64,000 bases of DNA from an uncultured Bacilli bacterium (lineage in GTDB: Bacteria > Bacillota_I > Bacilli_A > RF39 > UBA660): contig CAKOOR010000006.1 of assembly GCA_934098505.1 (NCBI GenBank), positions 19,655 through 83,654 on the forward strand, in the 5' to 3' direction. Both the position numbers and the translations under genes were made by a program. Of the stretch, positions 11,166 through 21,150 are shown one piece after another. The notes below the pieces were generated by a model. The model did no database searches. It had not been told where the DNA came from and worked only from the letters and a program-made list of their open reading frames with translations. Each line of letters opens with the position of its first letter. The first letter of the stretch is position 1.

Positions 11166-11662
11166 AAAAAGAAGTTCTTTACTATTTCTAATGAATTTCC
11201 CAAAATTCCTGGATAAAAATGTCCTGGATAAATTTTAGTATTCAATGGATACTTGCTAATTTTCTCCAAAGATTTCTGCATTTCTTCTTGGCTACCTGTA
11301 GGCAAATCCATTCTTCCTATAGAATTATAAAAAAGAAAGTCCCCAGTAAACATGACTTTTTCATCTGGAAAATAAAAACTTTTCGAATCATCAGTATGAC
11401 CTGGCGTTGCTATTACTTCATATTTAAAAGTTTTTTGTTTGAAATCATTTGCTACTATTCCGTATTTATCTTCTAATTTCTTCAAAGCACCTATATGATC
11501 AAAATGATAATGAGTTACTAATATCTCTTCTAATGTTCCATTAATCTCAGCATCAATTTTACTAAATTCATCTCCCGGATCAATTACTAAATATTTTCCT
11601 TCATGTTCTAAAATATAACAATTTTCATCTAATTTGCCAACAATTAATTGTTTAATTTTCAT
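11162..11662 (-). CDS. MBL-fold metallo-hydrolase
   Basis: THYHFDHIG motif. The likely start is ATG at 11662 (MKIKQLIVG) rather than the track start at 11689. Confidence 0.8.
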   Translation of the reverse strand: MKIKQLIVGKLDENCYILEHEGKYLVIDPGDEFSKIDAEINGTLEEILVTHYHFDHIGALKKLEDKYGIVANDFKQKTFKYEVIATPGHTDDSKSFYFPDEKVMFTGDFLFYNSIGRMDLPTGSQEEMQKSLEKISKYPLNTKIYPGHFYPGILGNSLEIVKNFFF

Positions 11663-11753
11663 ATATATCACCAAGTAATACAATAGCATATAATTTATTT
11701 ACTAGCAATTACTTTATGTGGTATACTATTCCTATAAGATATGAGGTGTAACT

Positions 11754-12299
11754 ATGACAATTATTTATGCTTTGTTAATACTCTTAGTAATCGGTGGCAT
11801 TGGAACAATATTTTATATTGTTTATTATAATGCTTTACAAGATTGTAAAACGAAAATCGATGAATCTGAAAGTATGATTGATGAAGCACTGCGCTCTAAA
11901 TATGATATTCTTCTTAAACTTGAATCTCTCATTAAAACTAACATTAAAGAAACAAAAATTAATTTTAAAGATTTAAATGATTTAAAAAAAGAAAGTATTT
12001 CTAATTTTCAACTAGAAAGAAAGTTAGTGGATACTGTTCTTCTTATTAACAAAATTCAAGATGATTTTCCTAAGTTAGAGGAAATAAAAGAATATCGCGA
12101 ACTTCTAAACGATATTCGAGTAATGGATGAAAGAATAAATGCTTCTAAAAAATATTATAACAAATACACTTCGAAATCCAATGAATTAGTCCGTAAATTT
12201 CCGTCTAATATCATCGCCAAATTTCATAATATTACCATTCGTAATTTTTTTGATAATAAAGATATGAACGATGATATAATTAATGACTTTAAATTATAA
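11754..12299 (+). CDS. LemA family protein
   Basis: 181 aa. N-terminal TM followed by the YNALQ...KIDESESMIDEAL pattern typical of LemA. Confidence 0.75.
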   Translation: MTIIYALLILLVIGGIGTIFYIVYYNALQDCKTKIDESESMIDEALRSKYDILLKLESLIKTNIKETKINFKDLNDLKKESISNFQLERKLVDTVLLINKIQDDFPKLEEIKEYRELLNDIRVMDERINASKKYYNKYTSKSNELVRKFPSNIIAKFHNITIRNFFDNKDMNDDIINDFKL

Positions 12300-12953
12300 T
12301 CGCCAATCAATAGGTTGGAGATTATTTTTTTTCAAAAAATCATTTGTTCTTGAAAATGGACGACTTCCAAAAAAACCGCTACGACATGAAAATGGCGATG
12401 GATGAGGACTTGTTATCACTAAATGTATGGGATTCGTTATAAACTGAGCTTTAGACTTAGCAAAATTGCCCCACAATATAAAGACAACTGGAGTTGTTTT
12501 AGCATTTACTTTTTTAATAATATAATCAGTAAGTGGTTCCCAACCTAAATTTTTATGTGATGCTGGACAATCCTTTTTTACCGTTAAAACACTATTCAAT
12601 AAGAGAACTCCTTCCTGAGCCCACTTTGTCAAATCGCCATCACCATGCGGTGTAATTCCTAAATCGTCATACAATTCATGATAAATATTTTTTAAAGATG
12701 GAGGAATCTTAATATCTTTGTGTACAGAAAAAGATAGTCCCATTGCCTCACCTGTTCCATGGTATGGATCTTGACCTACTATTACTACTTTAACATTCTT
12801 ATAAGGTGTTAATCTTAAAGCATTAAAAATATCTTCTTTAGGTGGAAAAATTGTTTCTTTATTATACAAATTCAATACTCCACGATAAAATTTATTAAAA
12901 TTAGGACTATCCCAAATTACTTTTAATTCATTATCCCAATCATTTCCTATCAT
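12294..12953 (-). CDS. ung: uracil-DNA glycosylase
   Basis: GQDPYHG and HPSPFS motifs. The likely start is ATG at 12953 (MIGNDWDNEL). Confidence 0.9.
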   Translation of the reverse strand: MIGNDWDNELKVIWDSPNFNKFYRGVLNLYNKETIFPPKEDIFNALRLTPYKNVKVVIVGQDPYHGTGEAMGLSFSVHKDIKIPPSLKNIYHELYDDLGITPHGDGDLTKWAQEGVLLLNSVLTVKKDCPASHKNLGWEPLTDYIIKKVNAKTTPVVFILWGNFAKSKAQFITNPIHLVITSPHPSPFSCRSGFFGSRPFSRTNDFLKKNNLQPIDWRL

Positions 12954-13080
12954 AAATCTACTTCTTTCTACATTCAATTTTATCAAATAAAAAGATAACT
13001 GTCTTTATTTTTAGTTATCTTTTTAAAAATTTAATCATATTATCAATATTAATTATATAAATTACTCATCATAATCATAA

Positions 13081-13515
13081 TTATTTATGATAAGTTTCAT
13101 TATTATTGATCTTAAAAGCACGGTATATTTGCTCTAATAAAACACTTCTAAATAAACCATGAGGCATTGTCATTTTAGAAAAAGATAATTTTAAATTTGC
13201 ATTATTTTTTATACTATCAAAAATCCCATCGGATCCACCAATTATGAAAGTTATACAACCATAATGATTAAATGTATCACTCATAAAATTAGCAAATTCC
13301 AGTGAATTCATTTGCTTACCTTCGATAGCTAAGGCAACAATATATTCTCCTTTACCAATATTTCTTATAATCTCTTTACTTTCCTGTTCAATATTACTAT
13401 CTTTAACTTCAATAATATTAAACTTATGATACTTATTTATTCTTTTATTATAATCCATTATCATGTCAACTAAATATTGTTCTTTTATTTTTCCAACACA
13501 AATTAACTTAATCAT
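13081..13515 (-). CDS. rlmH: 23S rRNA (pseudouridine1915-N3)-methyltransferase RlmH
   Basis: 144 aa SPOUT protein. MIKLICVGKIKEQYL at the N-terminus and IGGSDG...MTMPHGL at the C-terminus. Confidence 0.9.
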   Translation of the reverse strand: MIKLICVGKIKEQYLVDMIMDYNKRINKYHKFNIIEVKDSNIEQESKEIIRNIGKGEYIVALAIEGKQMNSLEFANFMSDTFNHYGCITFIIGGSDGIFDSIKNNANLKLSFSKMTMPHGLFRSVLLEQIYRAFKINNNETYHK

Positions 13516-14285
13516 AATTCTATAATCTCCGATTTTTCATTTTGTTTAGCGCAACTAATATTTTCAAAATCAATTCCATACTCTAAAAATATATTTTTTA
13601 TAGTATCTAAAGCTTTTTCTTCCGTATTATTTTCATGAGATAAGTGGAGTAAAATTATTTTTTTAGTGTTATTGCCAACTAATTTAGCCAAATAGATACT
13701 TGCATCTTTATTAGATAAATGTCCATAAGGGCCAACTACCCTATCTTTTAACCAAGCTGGATACTTTCCGTTTAATAACATTTCTACATCATGATTACTT
13801 TCAAAAAGATAAACAGTTTTGTTTCTTAAAACATTAAAATATTTTTGATTTAAATATCCAGTATCAGTCAAGTAAACAACACTATTTCTTCCCTCACTTA
13901 AAACATACCCTTTAGAATCTTTTGTATCATGACTAGTTTTTATAACTGCAATTTTTACATCATCTAAATAAATATCATCATCAAAAAGAACTAAATGTTC
14001 ATACCTGTTAATAAAACTATCATTGCTTAATTCATCTATCATTCCTATTGTCATATATACGTTGGCTTGATATTTTTTTATATAATTTTCTAATGCTCCA
14101 ATATGATCACTATGCACATGTGAAATAAGAATGGTATCGATATCATTTAAAGAAACGCCTAATTCTTCTAAGCGTTCCTTTATGTAGCCAACATTCGTCC
14201 CTATATCCAATAATATTTTATGATTCTTTGTTTCAACATAAGTTGAATTTCCTTTAGAACCACTTGCTAAAACACAGATTCTCAT
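13512..14285 (-). CDS. MBL-fold metallo-hydrolase, YycJ/WalJ-like
   Basis: 257 aa. MRICVLASGSKGNSTYVE at the N-terminus and an HVHSDHIG motif. Confidence 0.8.
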   Translation of the reverse strand: MRICVLASGSKGNSTYVETKNHKILLDIGTNVGYIKERLEELGVSLNDIDTILISHVHSDHIGALENYIKKYQANVYMTIGMIDELSNDSFINRYEHLVLFDDDIYLDDVKIAVIKTSHDTKDSKGYVLSEGRNSVVYLTDTGYLNQKYFNVLRNKTVYLFESNHDVEMLLNGKYPAWLKDRVVGPYGHLSNKDASIYLAKLVGNNTKKIILLHLSHENNTEEKALDTIKNIFLEYGIDFENISCAKQNEKSEIIEL

Positions 14286-15802
14286 TATTTATATAGCGTC
14301 ATAGGGTTAATCGCTTTACTTCCCTTCGTATAAGGTACACCAGTCCAGAAACCTAAATGCAAGTGTGTTCCAGTAACTTGACCAGTTTTACCCATTGCCC
14401 CTATTTTCTGTGCTCTACTTACTTGTTGACCCCTTGAAACATAAACAGCAGACATATGTCCATAAATAGAGTAATATCCATTTGGGTGTTGAATAATAAC
14501 GTTGGTACCAATCGTCCAAGTACCTGGACCATTAGGTCCTGCATGAATAACTGTACCAGCTGCAATAGCAAATATTGGAGAACCATAGCCGGTACCAGAA
14601 ATGTCTAATCCATCATGACTAGAACGATTAAACAAATATCTCTTACCAAAACCAGATGTAATCATATACCCTGGCAACGTTGGCCAAGCATATTCAGTAC
14701 CATCATCAACATAATTGCCCCAGTTACCACTACTAGCAACTTTTTTACCTTTAACAATAACTTCATTTACTGTTTCCCTTACTACATAAGTATTTTCCTT
14801 ATCAATTACAACTTGTTGACTAGCATCACCATTAATAACCTGGGTACGAGAAGCAACACGTCTAATACCATTAACACCTTTGGTTTGAACTAAACGATAA
14901 CTTGTATCTTTAGAATAATCGTATTTTGTTTCGGTTGAATATTTCTCTTCAACATCAGCCACTATATATTTATCATATACTAATTGTAACATTGGGTTAA
15001 TTAATGATATAACCACAGTATCACCAACCGCCAACAAATCATTTTCACTTTTGTATTTTGGGTTGGCTACTAAAAACTCAGAAACATTTAACTCATTAGC
15101 TTCAGCAATACTAGCTATCGTATCACCCACTTTGACTGTATATAATGATTCTTTATTATCAGTTCCAAATAACAAATATTTACTTAAACTATCAACATCT
15201 GTAAATATTTTTTCATCTGTACTTATGTATGATTCTTTGATAGAAATATCCTCTTGAAAATAAATATTTTCAATTCTTTCACCAACACCAACTATTTCTT
15301 TTTGTTCATTATTTATATAAGCCAAATATTCATCTTCAGGAATAAATGACAAAATAACCTTTTTTATCGCCTCTTCAAACACTTGCTCATCTAAAACATT
15401 AATTTTAAATAATACTTTAGAATCACCATCATTTTCTTTACTACTAACGGTAATTGTATATCCTTTAATGGTAAAATTCTTTGATTCTTTAATTTTATCA
15501 TATATCTCATTTACGCTTGAAACATTTGAATTATAAGTATTTAATTTTGTGATTGAAAAGCCCTTTGGGGGATATACTTGCTCAACATTATATTCTTCTT
15601 TAATGCTTGATTGCTCTTCATTAATAAGATTATATAAATCGTCTTGACTATCAATCATACCTATTTTTTCGCCATTTAAGTATACTTGATAAACCCCGTC
15701 TACTTCATCAGCATAACTAGTTTTATAAGAAGTAGCAATAAACATTGCGACTCCAAATATCATAGTTGTTAAAATGCATAGAATTTGTGTTTTTTTACTC
15801 AT
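14285..15802 (-). CDS. M23 family metallopeptidase with LysM and G5 domains
   Basis: 505 aa. N-terminal TM, LysM (YTVKVGDTIASIAEANELNVSEFL), a G5-like segment (TKGVNGIRR...VIVKG), and an M23 domain (HDGLDISG...GTHLHLG). Confidence 0.8.
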   Translation of the reverse strand: MSKKTQILCILTTMIFGVAMFIATSYKTSYADEVDGVYQVYLNGEKIGMIDSQDDLYNLINEEQSSIKEEYNVEQVYPPKGFSITKLNTYNSNVSSVNEIYDKIKESKNFTIKGYTITVSSKENDGDSKVLFKINVLDEQVFEEAIKKVILSFIPEDEYLAYINNEQKEIVGVGERIENIYFQEDISIKESYISTDEKIFTDVDSLSKYLLFGTDNKESLYTVKVGDTIASIAEANELNVSEFLVANPKYKSENDLLAVGDTVVISLINPMLQLVYDKYIVADVEEKYSTETKYDYSKDTSYRLVQTKGVNGIRRVASRTQVINGDASQQVVIDKENTYVVRETVNEVIVKGKKVASSGNWGNYVDDGTEYAWPTLPGYMITSGFGKRYLFNRSSHDGLDISGTGYGSPIFAIAAGTVIHAGPNGPGTWTIGTNVIIQHPNGYYSIYGHMSAVYVSRGQQVSRAQKIGAMGKTGQVTGTHLHLGFWTGVPYTKGSKAINPMTLYK

Positions 15803-17154
15803 TAATATTCTCCTTCTTTTTCTAAAACCATATAGTTTTTGAAATTCATCATTGTTGGTTCAAATAAGACAGTAAACTTACCAGTACCACCTTTTCTATG
15901 TTTAGCTATTATTATATCAGTTTCTACATTTTCTGATTTTCCTAATTCCGTCTTTGCTTTATAATAATCTTTTCTATTTATAAACATAACAATATCGGCA
16001 TCCTGTTCGATTGAACCTGATTCTCTTAAATCAGCAAGCATTGGTTCATTATTTTCTCTTTTTTCTGCATTACGTGAAAGCTGAGCTAAAGCTATAACTG
16101 GCACTTTTAGTTCCATTGCCATAGTCTTGATTGCTCTTGAAATATCTGAAACTTCCTGTTGTCTTGATTCTGGACGTCTACCTCCCATTGTAAGCAACTG
16201 CAAATAATCGATGATAATCAATCCTAAACCCTCTTTTTTAGTTGCTAATCTACGACATTTAGCTCTAATGTCATTAACGGTAATACCAGAGTTATCTTCA
16301 ATATAAATATTCGTATCAGCAAGTTGACTTACTGCCTCATTATATTTTTTCCAATCATTTTGACCAAGCTGGCCGTTAGTTAATTTTTTACCTTCGATTC
16401 CACCTAAAGCACTTATCATACGGTTAACTAACTGTTCAGCTGACATTTCTAAGTTAAATACAGCGATAGCCTTTTTAGTACTCATCGCCGCGTGCGTTGC
16501 AATATTCAAAGCGAAAGCCGTCTTTCCCATACCGGGGCGAGCCGCTATTACTATCATTTCACCTTCATGTAAACCACTTGTAGCCTTATCTAAATCATAA
16601 AAACCGGTTTCTAATCCAGAAATAACACTATGGTTTTGTGATAAGTATTCTAATTGTTCTTGAGCCCGAGCTAAAACTTCATTAATGGGAGCAAACTCTG
16701 TAGTTTGACGTGACCTAATAACATCTAAAATGTTTTTTTCAGCCGTATCTAAAAGGCTAGTTACATCATCAGAATCATTATAAGCATCTGTTACAATGTC
16801 CGTAGCCGTAATAATTAAATTACGAACAATCATTTTTTCTTTAATTATATTAATATAATAATCTAAATTAGCAGCACTAACAACTGAGTCCATTATTTCA
16901 GCTAAATATGATACACCACCAATTGCTCCCATACTCTTAGTTTTATCTAATTCATCAGCTATCGTCGTTTGATCTATAGGAATCCCAGCATCATGCAAGT
17001 TTTTTATAGCAAGAAAAATCTTTCTGTTAGCATCACTGTAGAACATATCTTCAGATACTTCTTCTAAAACTTTGCTAACGACCCTCTCATCAAGAAAGCA
17101 AACACCCAAAACTGACATCTCAGCATCTAAATTTTGTGGCATTTTCCTTGCCAT
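15802..17154 (-). CDS. dnaB: replicative DNA helicase
   Basis: 450 aa. PQNLDAEMSVLG at the N-terminus, Walker A ARPGMGKTAF, and further RecA-like motifs. Confidence 0.95.
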   Translation of the reverse strand: MARKMPQNLDAEMSVLGVCFLDERVVSKVLEEVSEDMFYSDANRKIFLAIKNLHDAGIPIDQTTIADELDKTKSMGAIGGVSYLAEIMDSVVSAANLDYYINIIKEKMIVRNLIITATDIVTDAYNDSDDVTSLLDTAEKNILDVIRSRQTTEFAPINEVLARAQEQLEYLSQNHSVISGLETGFYDLDKATSGLHEGEMIVIAARPGMGKTAFALNIATHAAMSTKKAIAVFNLEMSAEQLVNRMISALGGIEGKKLTNGQLGQNDWKKYNEAVSQLADTNIYIEDNSGITVNDIRAKCRRLATKKEGLGLIIIDYLQLLTMGGRRPESRQQEVSDISRAIKTMAMELKVPVIALAQLSRNAEKRENNEPMLADLRESGSIEQDADIVMFINRKDYYKAKTELGKSENVETDIIIAKHRKGGTGKFTVLFEPTMMNFKNYMVLEKEGEY

Positions 17155-17163
17155 AATATCACC

Positions 17164-17604
17164 TTACTTCACTAAATTAACTCTAATATTGAAACGAACC
17201 TTCTTGTGTAACTCAATTGTTACATTATGAACTCCCAACGTATCCAAAGGCGAATCAATTTGAATTTGTTTTTTATCAACTTTATATCCCATTTTATTTA
17301 ATTCTTCTGCAATTTGTTTAGATGAAACATTACCAAAAACTTTATCCATAGCACCAGTTTTTACTTTAAAAGTAATATTTTCTCTAATTATTTTATCACG
17401 CATTTCCTGCATTGCTTTTATTAACTTTTCTTCTTCTAATTTTCTTTTATCTAATTCATTAGATAAAATTTTCGTACTTGTCTTTGTTGCTGCTACAGCC
17501 AAACCATTTTTAATTAAATAATTCATACCATAGCCATCACTAACTTCAATAATATCATCTTTTTTTCCTTGTTTTTTTACATCTTTTAGTAATATAACTT
17601 TCAT
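17164..17604 (-). CDS. rplI: 50S ribosomal protein L9
   Basis: 146 aa. MKVILLKDVKKQGKKDDIIEVSDGYGMNYL. Confidence 0.95.
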   Translation of the reverse strand: MKVILLKDVKKQGKKDDIIEVSDGYGMNYLIKNGLAVAATKTSTKILSNELDKRKLEEEKLIKAMQEMRDKIIRENITFKVKTGAMDKVFGNVSSKQIAEELNKMGYKVDKKQIQIDSPLDTLGVHNVTIELHKKVRFNIRVNLVK

Positions 17605-17835
17605 GATTTATCTCCTTTTTAATTCCTACCTATTGTATCAAATATATATCTATCAGTCAAAAAAATTCATGCTTTTATTTATTAATAATCCCACTTTTTC
17701 AAACTATTTTTTTATAAATTTACTGTGTAAAAACTCCTGTTTACTATGTGTTATTTTATATAAATTTTAATAGTAATATAATATTAATAAGTTTTATGTT
17801 TAATTAATCAAAATTTCTAAAAAATACAATTTAAC

Positions 17836-17864
17836 CCAAAAGAAAAAGACTAAAATTAGTCTTT
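17836..17864 (-). terminator. rho-independent terminator overlapping the rpsR stop codon
   Basis: On the minus strand, AAAGACTA-ATTT-TAGTCTTT is followed by TTCTTTTGGG. Confidence 0.55.
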
Positions 17865-18074
17865 AACATATGGAATTAATGCCATAAATCTAGCATATTT
17901 AATTTGTTGTGCAATATGTCTTTGGTGTTTAGCACAAGCACCACTTTGTCTTCTATTAACGATTTTACCTTTTTCAGTAACATACTTTAAAATAATAGGT
18001 ACATCTTTATAATCAATAGATTTTCCAGCACACATTTGACAAATTTTCTTTTTTTTGCGATAAAATTCTGCCAT
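17856..18074 (-). CDS. rpsR: 30S ribosomal protein S18
   Basis: 72 aa. The C-terminal KHQRHIAQQIKYARFMALIPY is typical of S18. Confidence 0.95.
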   Translation of the reverse strand: MAEFYRKKKKICQMCAGKSIDYKDVPIILKYVTEKGKIVNRRQSGACAKHQRHIAQQIKYARFMALIPYVKD

Positions 18075-18091
18075 TGCTTATTTCTCCCTTC

Positions 18092-18586
18092 CTAGAAAGG
18101 TAGGTCATCATCAGTTAATGATACTTCGTTACCCATAGCTGCATATGGATCCATATCTAAATCAGCAGTGACGATATCATTATTGACCATACCATTATTA
18201 TTTGGTACTGCGTTATTTGCAGTATAAGATGAAGTATTTAAACTATTTTCTACAGGTTGACTACCACCGTTTCTTGAACTTAAGAATGTTATATTATCAG
18301 CAATAACTTCGGTAATATATCTTTTTGTTCCATCTTGCGCATCGTAACTTCTTATTTGAATACGTCCTTCAACGGCAACTTGAGAACCTTTAGTACAATA
18401 TTTAGCTACATTTTCAGCTTGCTTTCTCCAAGCAACACAATTGATAAAATCAGTTTCTTTTTCTCCATTTTGGTTAGTAAAATTTCTATTAACCGCAAGA
18501 GTAAATGAAGCAGTTACATTACCAGATGCCATTGTACGTAATTCAGGATCTCTAGTCAATCTTCCTATTAAAATTACTTTATTCAT
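18092..18586 (-). CDS. ssb: single-stranded DNA-binding protein
   Basis: 164 aa. MNKVILIGRLTRDPELR OB fold and an acidic tail ending DDDLPF. Confidence 0.95.
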   Translation of the reverse strand: MNKVILIGRLTRDPELRTMASGNVTASFTLAVNRNFTNQNGEKETDFINCVAWRKQAENVAKYCTKGSQVAVEGRIQIRSYDAQDGTKRYITEVIADNITFLSSRNGGSQPVENSLNTSSYTANNAVPNNNGMVNNDIVTADLDMDPYAAMGNEVSLTDDDLPF

Positions 18587-18589
18587 TTT

Positions 18590-18880
18590 TTACTCCTCAT
18601 CTAATTTGATAATTAAGTGTCTAATAATATTTTCATCAATAGACATTTTACGATTAACTTCTTTGATAGCATCTTTACTAGCAGTCATAGTCATAACATA
18701 GTAATAACCACTGATTTCCTTCTTAATAGGATATGCTAACTTCTTTTGTCCCATTTCTTTAAAGCTTTCTACTTTAACTTTAAGACTTTCTGCTAATTTT
18801 TTTACATTTTCCGCAGCAGCCTTAACATTACTCTCTTCCATAGTTGCTTTAACAATGAACATCATTTCATATTTATTCAT
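18590..18880 (-). CDS. rpsF: 30S ribosomal protein S6
   Basis: 96 aa. MNKYEMMFIV at the N-terminus. It is the first gene of rpsF-ssb-rpsR. Confidence 0.95.
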   Translation of the reverse strand: MNKYEMMFIVKATMEESNVKAAAENVKKLAESLKVKVESFKEMGQKKLAYPIKKEISGYYYVMTMTASKDAIKEVNRKMSIDENIIRHLIIKLDEE

Positions 18881-18951
18881 TTTTTACACCTCCTCTTGGT
18901 CTTCCGGCTTACACTTAAAGTGAAGCAAGGAGTAATCACTACTCGCAAAGT

Positions 18952-18980
18952 ATTATAACAAACCATAACTTATAATTCAA
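18952..18980 (-). promoter_or_regulatory. sigma-A type promoter of the rpsF operon
   Basis: On the minus strand, TTGAAT is followed by a 17-nt spacer and TATAAT with an extended TG (TGTTATAAT). A leader of about 70 nt follows, ending in GAGGAGG. Confidence 0.55.
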
Positions 18981-19162
18981 GAGCTTTTACAATTCCGATT
19001 AAATAAATTTCTAACTTCCAGTTTTTTTAATTATGGGAAGTTAATTCTAAAAATTAACATGCAAACTACTATTTAAATTATCATTGTCTTTGCCTAAATT
19101 ATTTTTAAAAATATTTCTTTTTTGCAAACGAAAAATAATTTTTTCATAGATTTTTAATAAAG

Positions 19163-19190
19163 AAATGAAAAAGACTTCCTAAGAAGTCTT
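19163..19190 (-). terminator. rho-independent terminator overlapping the stop of the YfcC-like gene
   Basis: On the minus strand, AAGACTTC-TTAG-GAAGTCTT is followed by TTTTCATTTC. Confidence 0.55.
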
Positions 19191-20730
19191 AAACATAAGC
19201 CATTACTGCAAATAAAATTAACAATAAGACTAAAAGGATAATGGTAATTTTCCAGATATTCTTTAACCATTCTTTGTATGAAACATCATACATTGAAAGG
19301 CCAGTAACTAAAAGAACACTAGTTGGAGCTACCAAAGAAACTAAACCATTTATTGAAGTCATAATGACAAGCATTGTTCCAGTATAATCAGCAAATCTTG
19401 CTGCATATACAGCTCCTAAAGTGAATCCAGAAAAACCAAAATCAACATGGAAGAATGATGCTAAAGCATTAGCAACAGTTGCACTAATTGGATTAAATGT
19501 TGTACCAACAATCTTATCAACGATTGTGTTAGTAAATCCACTCCAATAGCAAATAACAAACATTGTATAAGCAAGAACAACAAATAAAGCAGGTTTCAAT
19601 GTTTTTTTCATTCCTTCAACAGCGCCATCTAACATTTCGTCTATTTTAACTTTGCTAAATAATTTAACAAAAATCAAAATAATCATCGCTATATAGCATA
19701 TTGTATAAATATCCCATGATCCAAAAGCACTAATTTTTCCTAGAATGTATCCAAAAATAGCATGTGAATTGCCACCAATAGTAACTGTAACTTTTGTTGT
19801 TAACCAAGTATGGAATGTATCAAATACATCAATGCCAAAAGCACTATTCCATGGCATATATCCTAAAATGCAGAATACGAATAATACAATAAATGCCACC
19901 AAATATGGCCAAGCTTTACCTTTCTTCTCATCTCCTGTTAAAGGAACTAAATCAACTGATTCTGCTTCAATATCTTTATTTTTGTTTTTCATTTTAATTA
20001 GAACCATATTTAGTACTAGTAAAGCAATTACTAAAATACCATATCTTACAGCTAAATTAGTAGTAATTTTTACATTCATTGTGCTTTCTAAATAAGAAAG
20101 TCCTAAAGTAGCTGTAGTTTGCCCAACAAGACCAACTATCATAGCTCCAAATGTCATCATTACACTTTTTAATTTTCCAAAGCCTAAACGACTAGCAATG
20201 CTTATTACAAGTGGAATGAACAGTAATATTGGAAAACTTTGACTAGACATTGATACAAATAATGCAATAATAACAGTATGTACTAAAGCAAACCATTTCT
20301 TTCTTGGTTGCCAAAATGAAACAGCATCATTAACTAATTTTTTATAACCATTAGTTTTCGAAATAACACCGTAAAACAAACCAACAACTAAGACAAATAT
20401 AAATTGTAGTAAGTAATAATTTGATGCATAGAACATTGATAAAAACATTTCATTAATACCAGTTCTAGCTGGATCACTAGTTGTTAAGTTAGCGCCACTA
20501 AATGTCCCTGAGGGAACTATCCAAGTTAAAACAATAGCAACAAAAATACTTATAGCTAAAGCTTTAAATAGGAAGTGACTTACTTTTTCTGATGTTTTTT
20601 TATCACTAACTACTTTCGTTTTGGAAACTTCTTTTTCAGTTTCTTCCAAAACAGCTTCAACTTCTTTTTCTACTTTAGAAGCTTTTGTTGTTTTGGAAGT
20701 ACTTTTCTTTTTTCCATTTTTCTTTTCCAT
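19189..20730 (-). CDS. YfcC/DcuC-like anaerobic carrier family membrane transporter
   Basis: Polytopic membrane protein with a Lys-rich N-terminal tail. WIVPSGTF resembles the YfcC family. The likely start is ATG at 20730, preceded by GGAGGT. Confidence 0.55.
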   Translation of the reverse strand: MEKKNGKKKSTSKTTKASKVEKEVEAVLEETEKEVSKTKVVSDKKTSEKVSHFLFKALAISIFVAIVLTWIVPSGTFSGANLTTSDPARTGINEMFLSMFYASNYYLLQFIFVLVVGLFYGVISKTNGYKKLVNDAVSFWQPRKKWFALVHTVIIALFVSMSSQSFPILLFIPLVISIASRLGFGKLKSVMMTFGAMIVGLVGQTTATLGLSYLESTMNVKITTNLAVRYGILVIALLVLNMVLIKMKNKNKDIEAESVDLVPLTGDEKKGKAWPYLVAFIVLFVFCILGYMPWNSAFGIDVFDTFHTWLTTKVTVTIGGNSHAIFGYILGKISAFGSWDIYTICYIAMIILIFVKLFSKVKIDEMLDGAVEGMKKTLKPALFVVLAYTMFVICYWSGFTNTIVDKIVGTTFNPISATVANALASFFHVDFGFSGFTLGAVYAARFADYTGTMLVIMTSINGLVSLVAPTSVLLVTGLSMYDVSYKEWLKNIWKITIILLVLLLILFAVMAYV

Positions 20731-20858
20731 TTTCTTTACCTCCAATTAGATTATAGCACAATTCCAACTCTTGCCAAGTACTTTTAGTTGAAATATTTCT
20801 TCACATTTATAGGAAAAGCCTTTATTTTTTTCTTATGGTAAACATTTCTTTGCTCAAA

Positions 20859-21074
20859 CTAAGTTAATCTACTAACAGTATTTACATTTTTTAAACAAAA
20901 TGATTCCAAATAAGGTATCAGCACATTTTTATATAACTCTTCAAAAGAGCTATAGTTAGCCATATTCTCTTTTATAAGATTCGCTATTTTCTCAGTTCTA
21001 ACAAAGCCAACTTTCTTAAACCATTCAAAATCTGGTCGCATTTCTTCTCTTAATATCCATTTTTCACTCTTCAT
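20859..21074 (-). CDS. hypothetical small protein
   Basis: ORF only. It has no clear RBS and no recognisable motif. Confidence 0.3.
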   Translation of the reverse strand: MKSEKWILREEMRPDFEWFKKVGFVRTEKIANLIKENMANYSSFEELYKNVLIPYLESFCLKNVNTVSRLT

Positions 21075-21108
21075 AAACTTTTTTAATAGCAATGTTTTTT
21101 TACTTTTG

Positions 21109-21143
21109 ATAAAAAAAGATTAGCACAAACTATTACTAATCTT
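21109..21143 (-). terminator. rho-independent terminator after typA
   Basis: On the minus strand, the stem AAGATTAG...CTAATCTT (8 bp, 12-nt loop) is followed by TTTTTTTATC. Confidence 0.55.
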
Positions 21144-21150
21144 TTCAAAA

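Noticed and set aside
19141-19173. TTTTCATAGA...ATGAAAA resembling a third copy of the lox-like arm
   Set aside because: Only about 7-10 bp of one arm match and the spacer is unrelated. The region is already explained as the terminator and flank of the YfcC-like gene.
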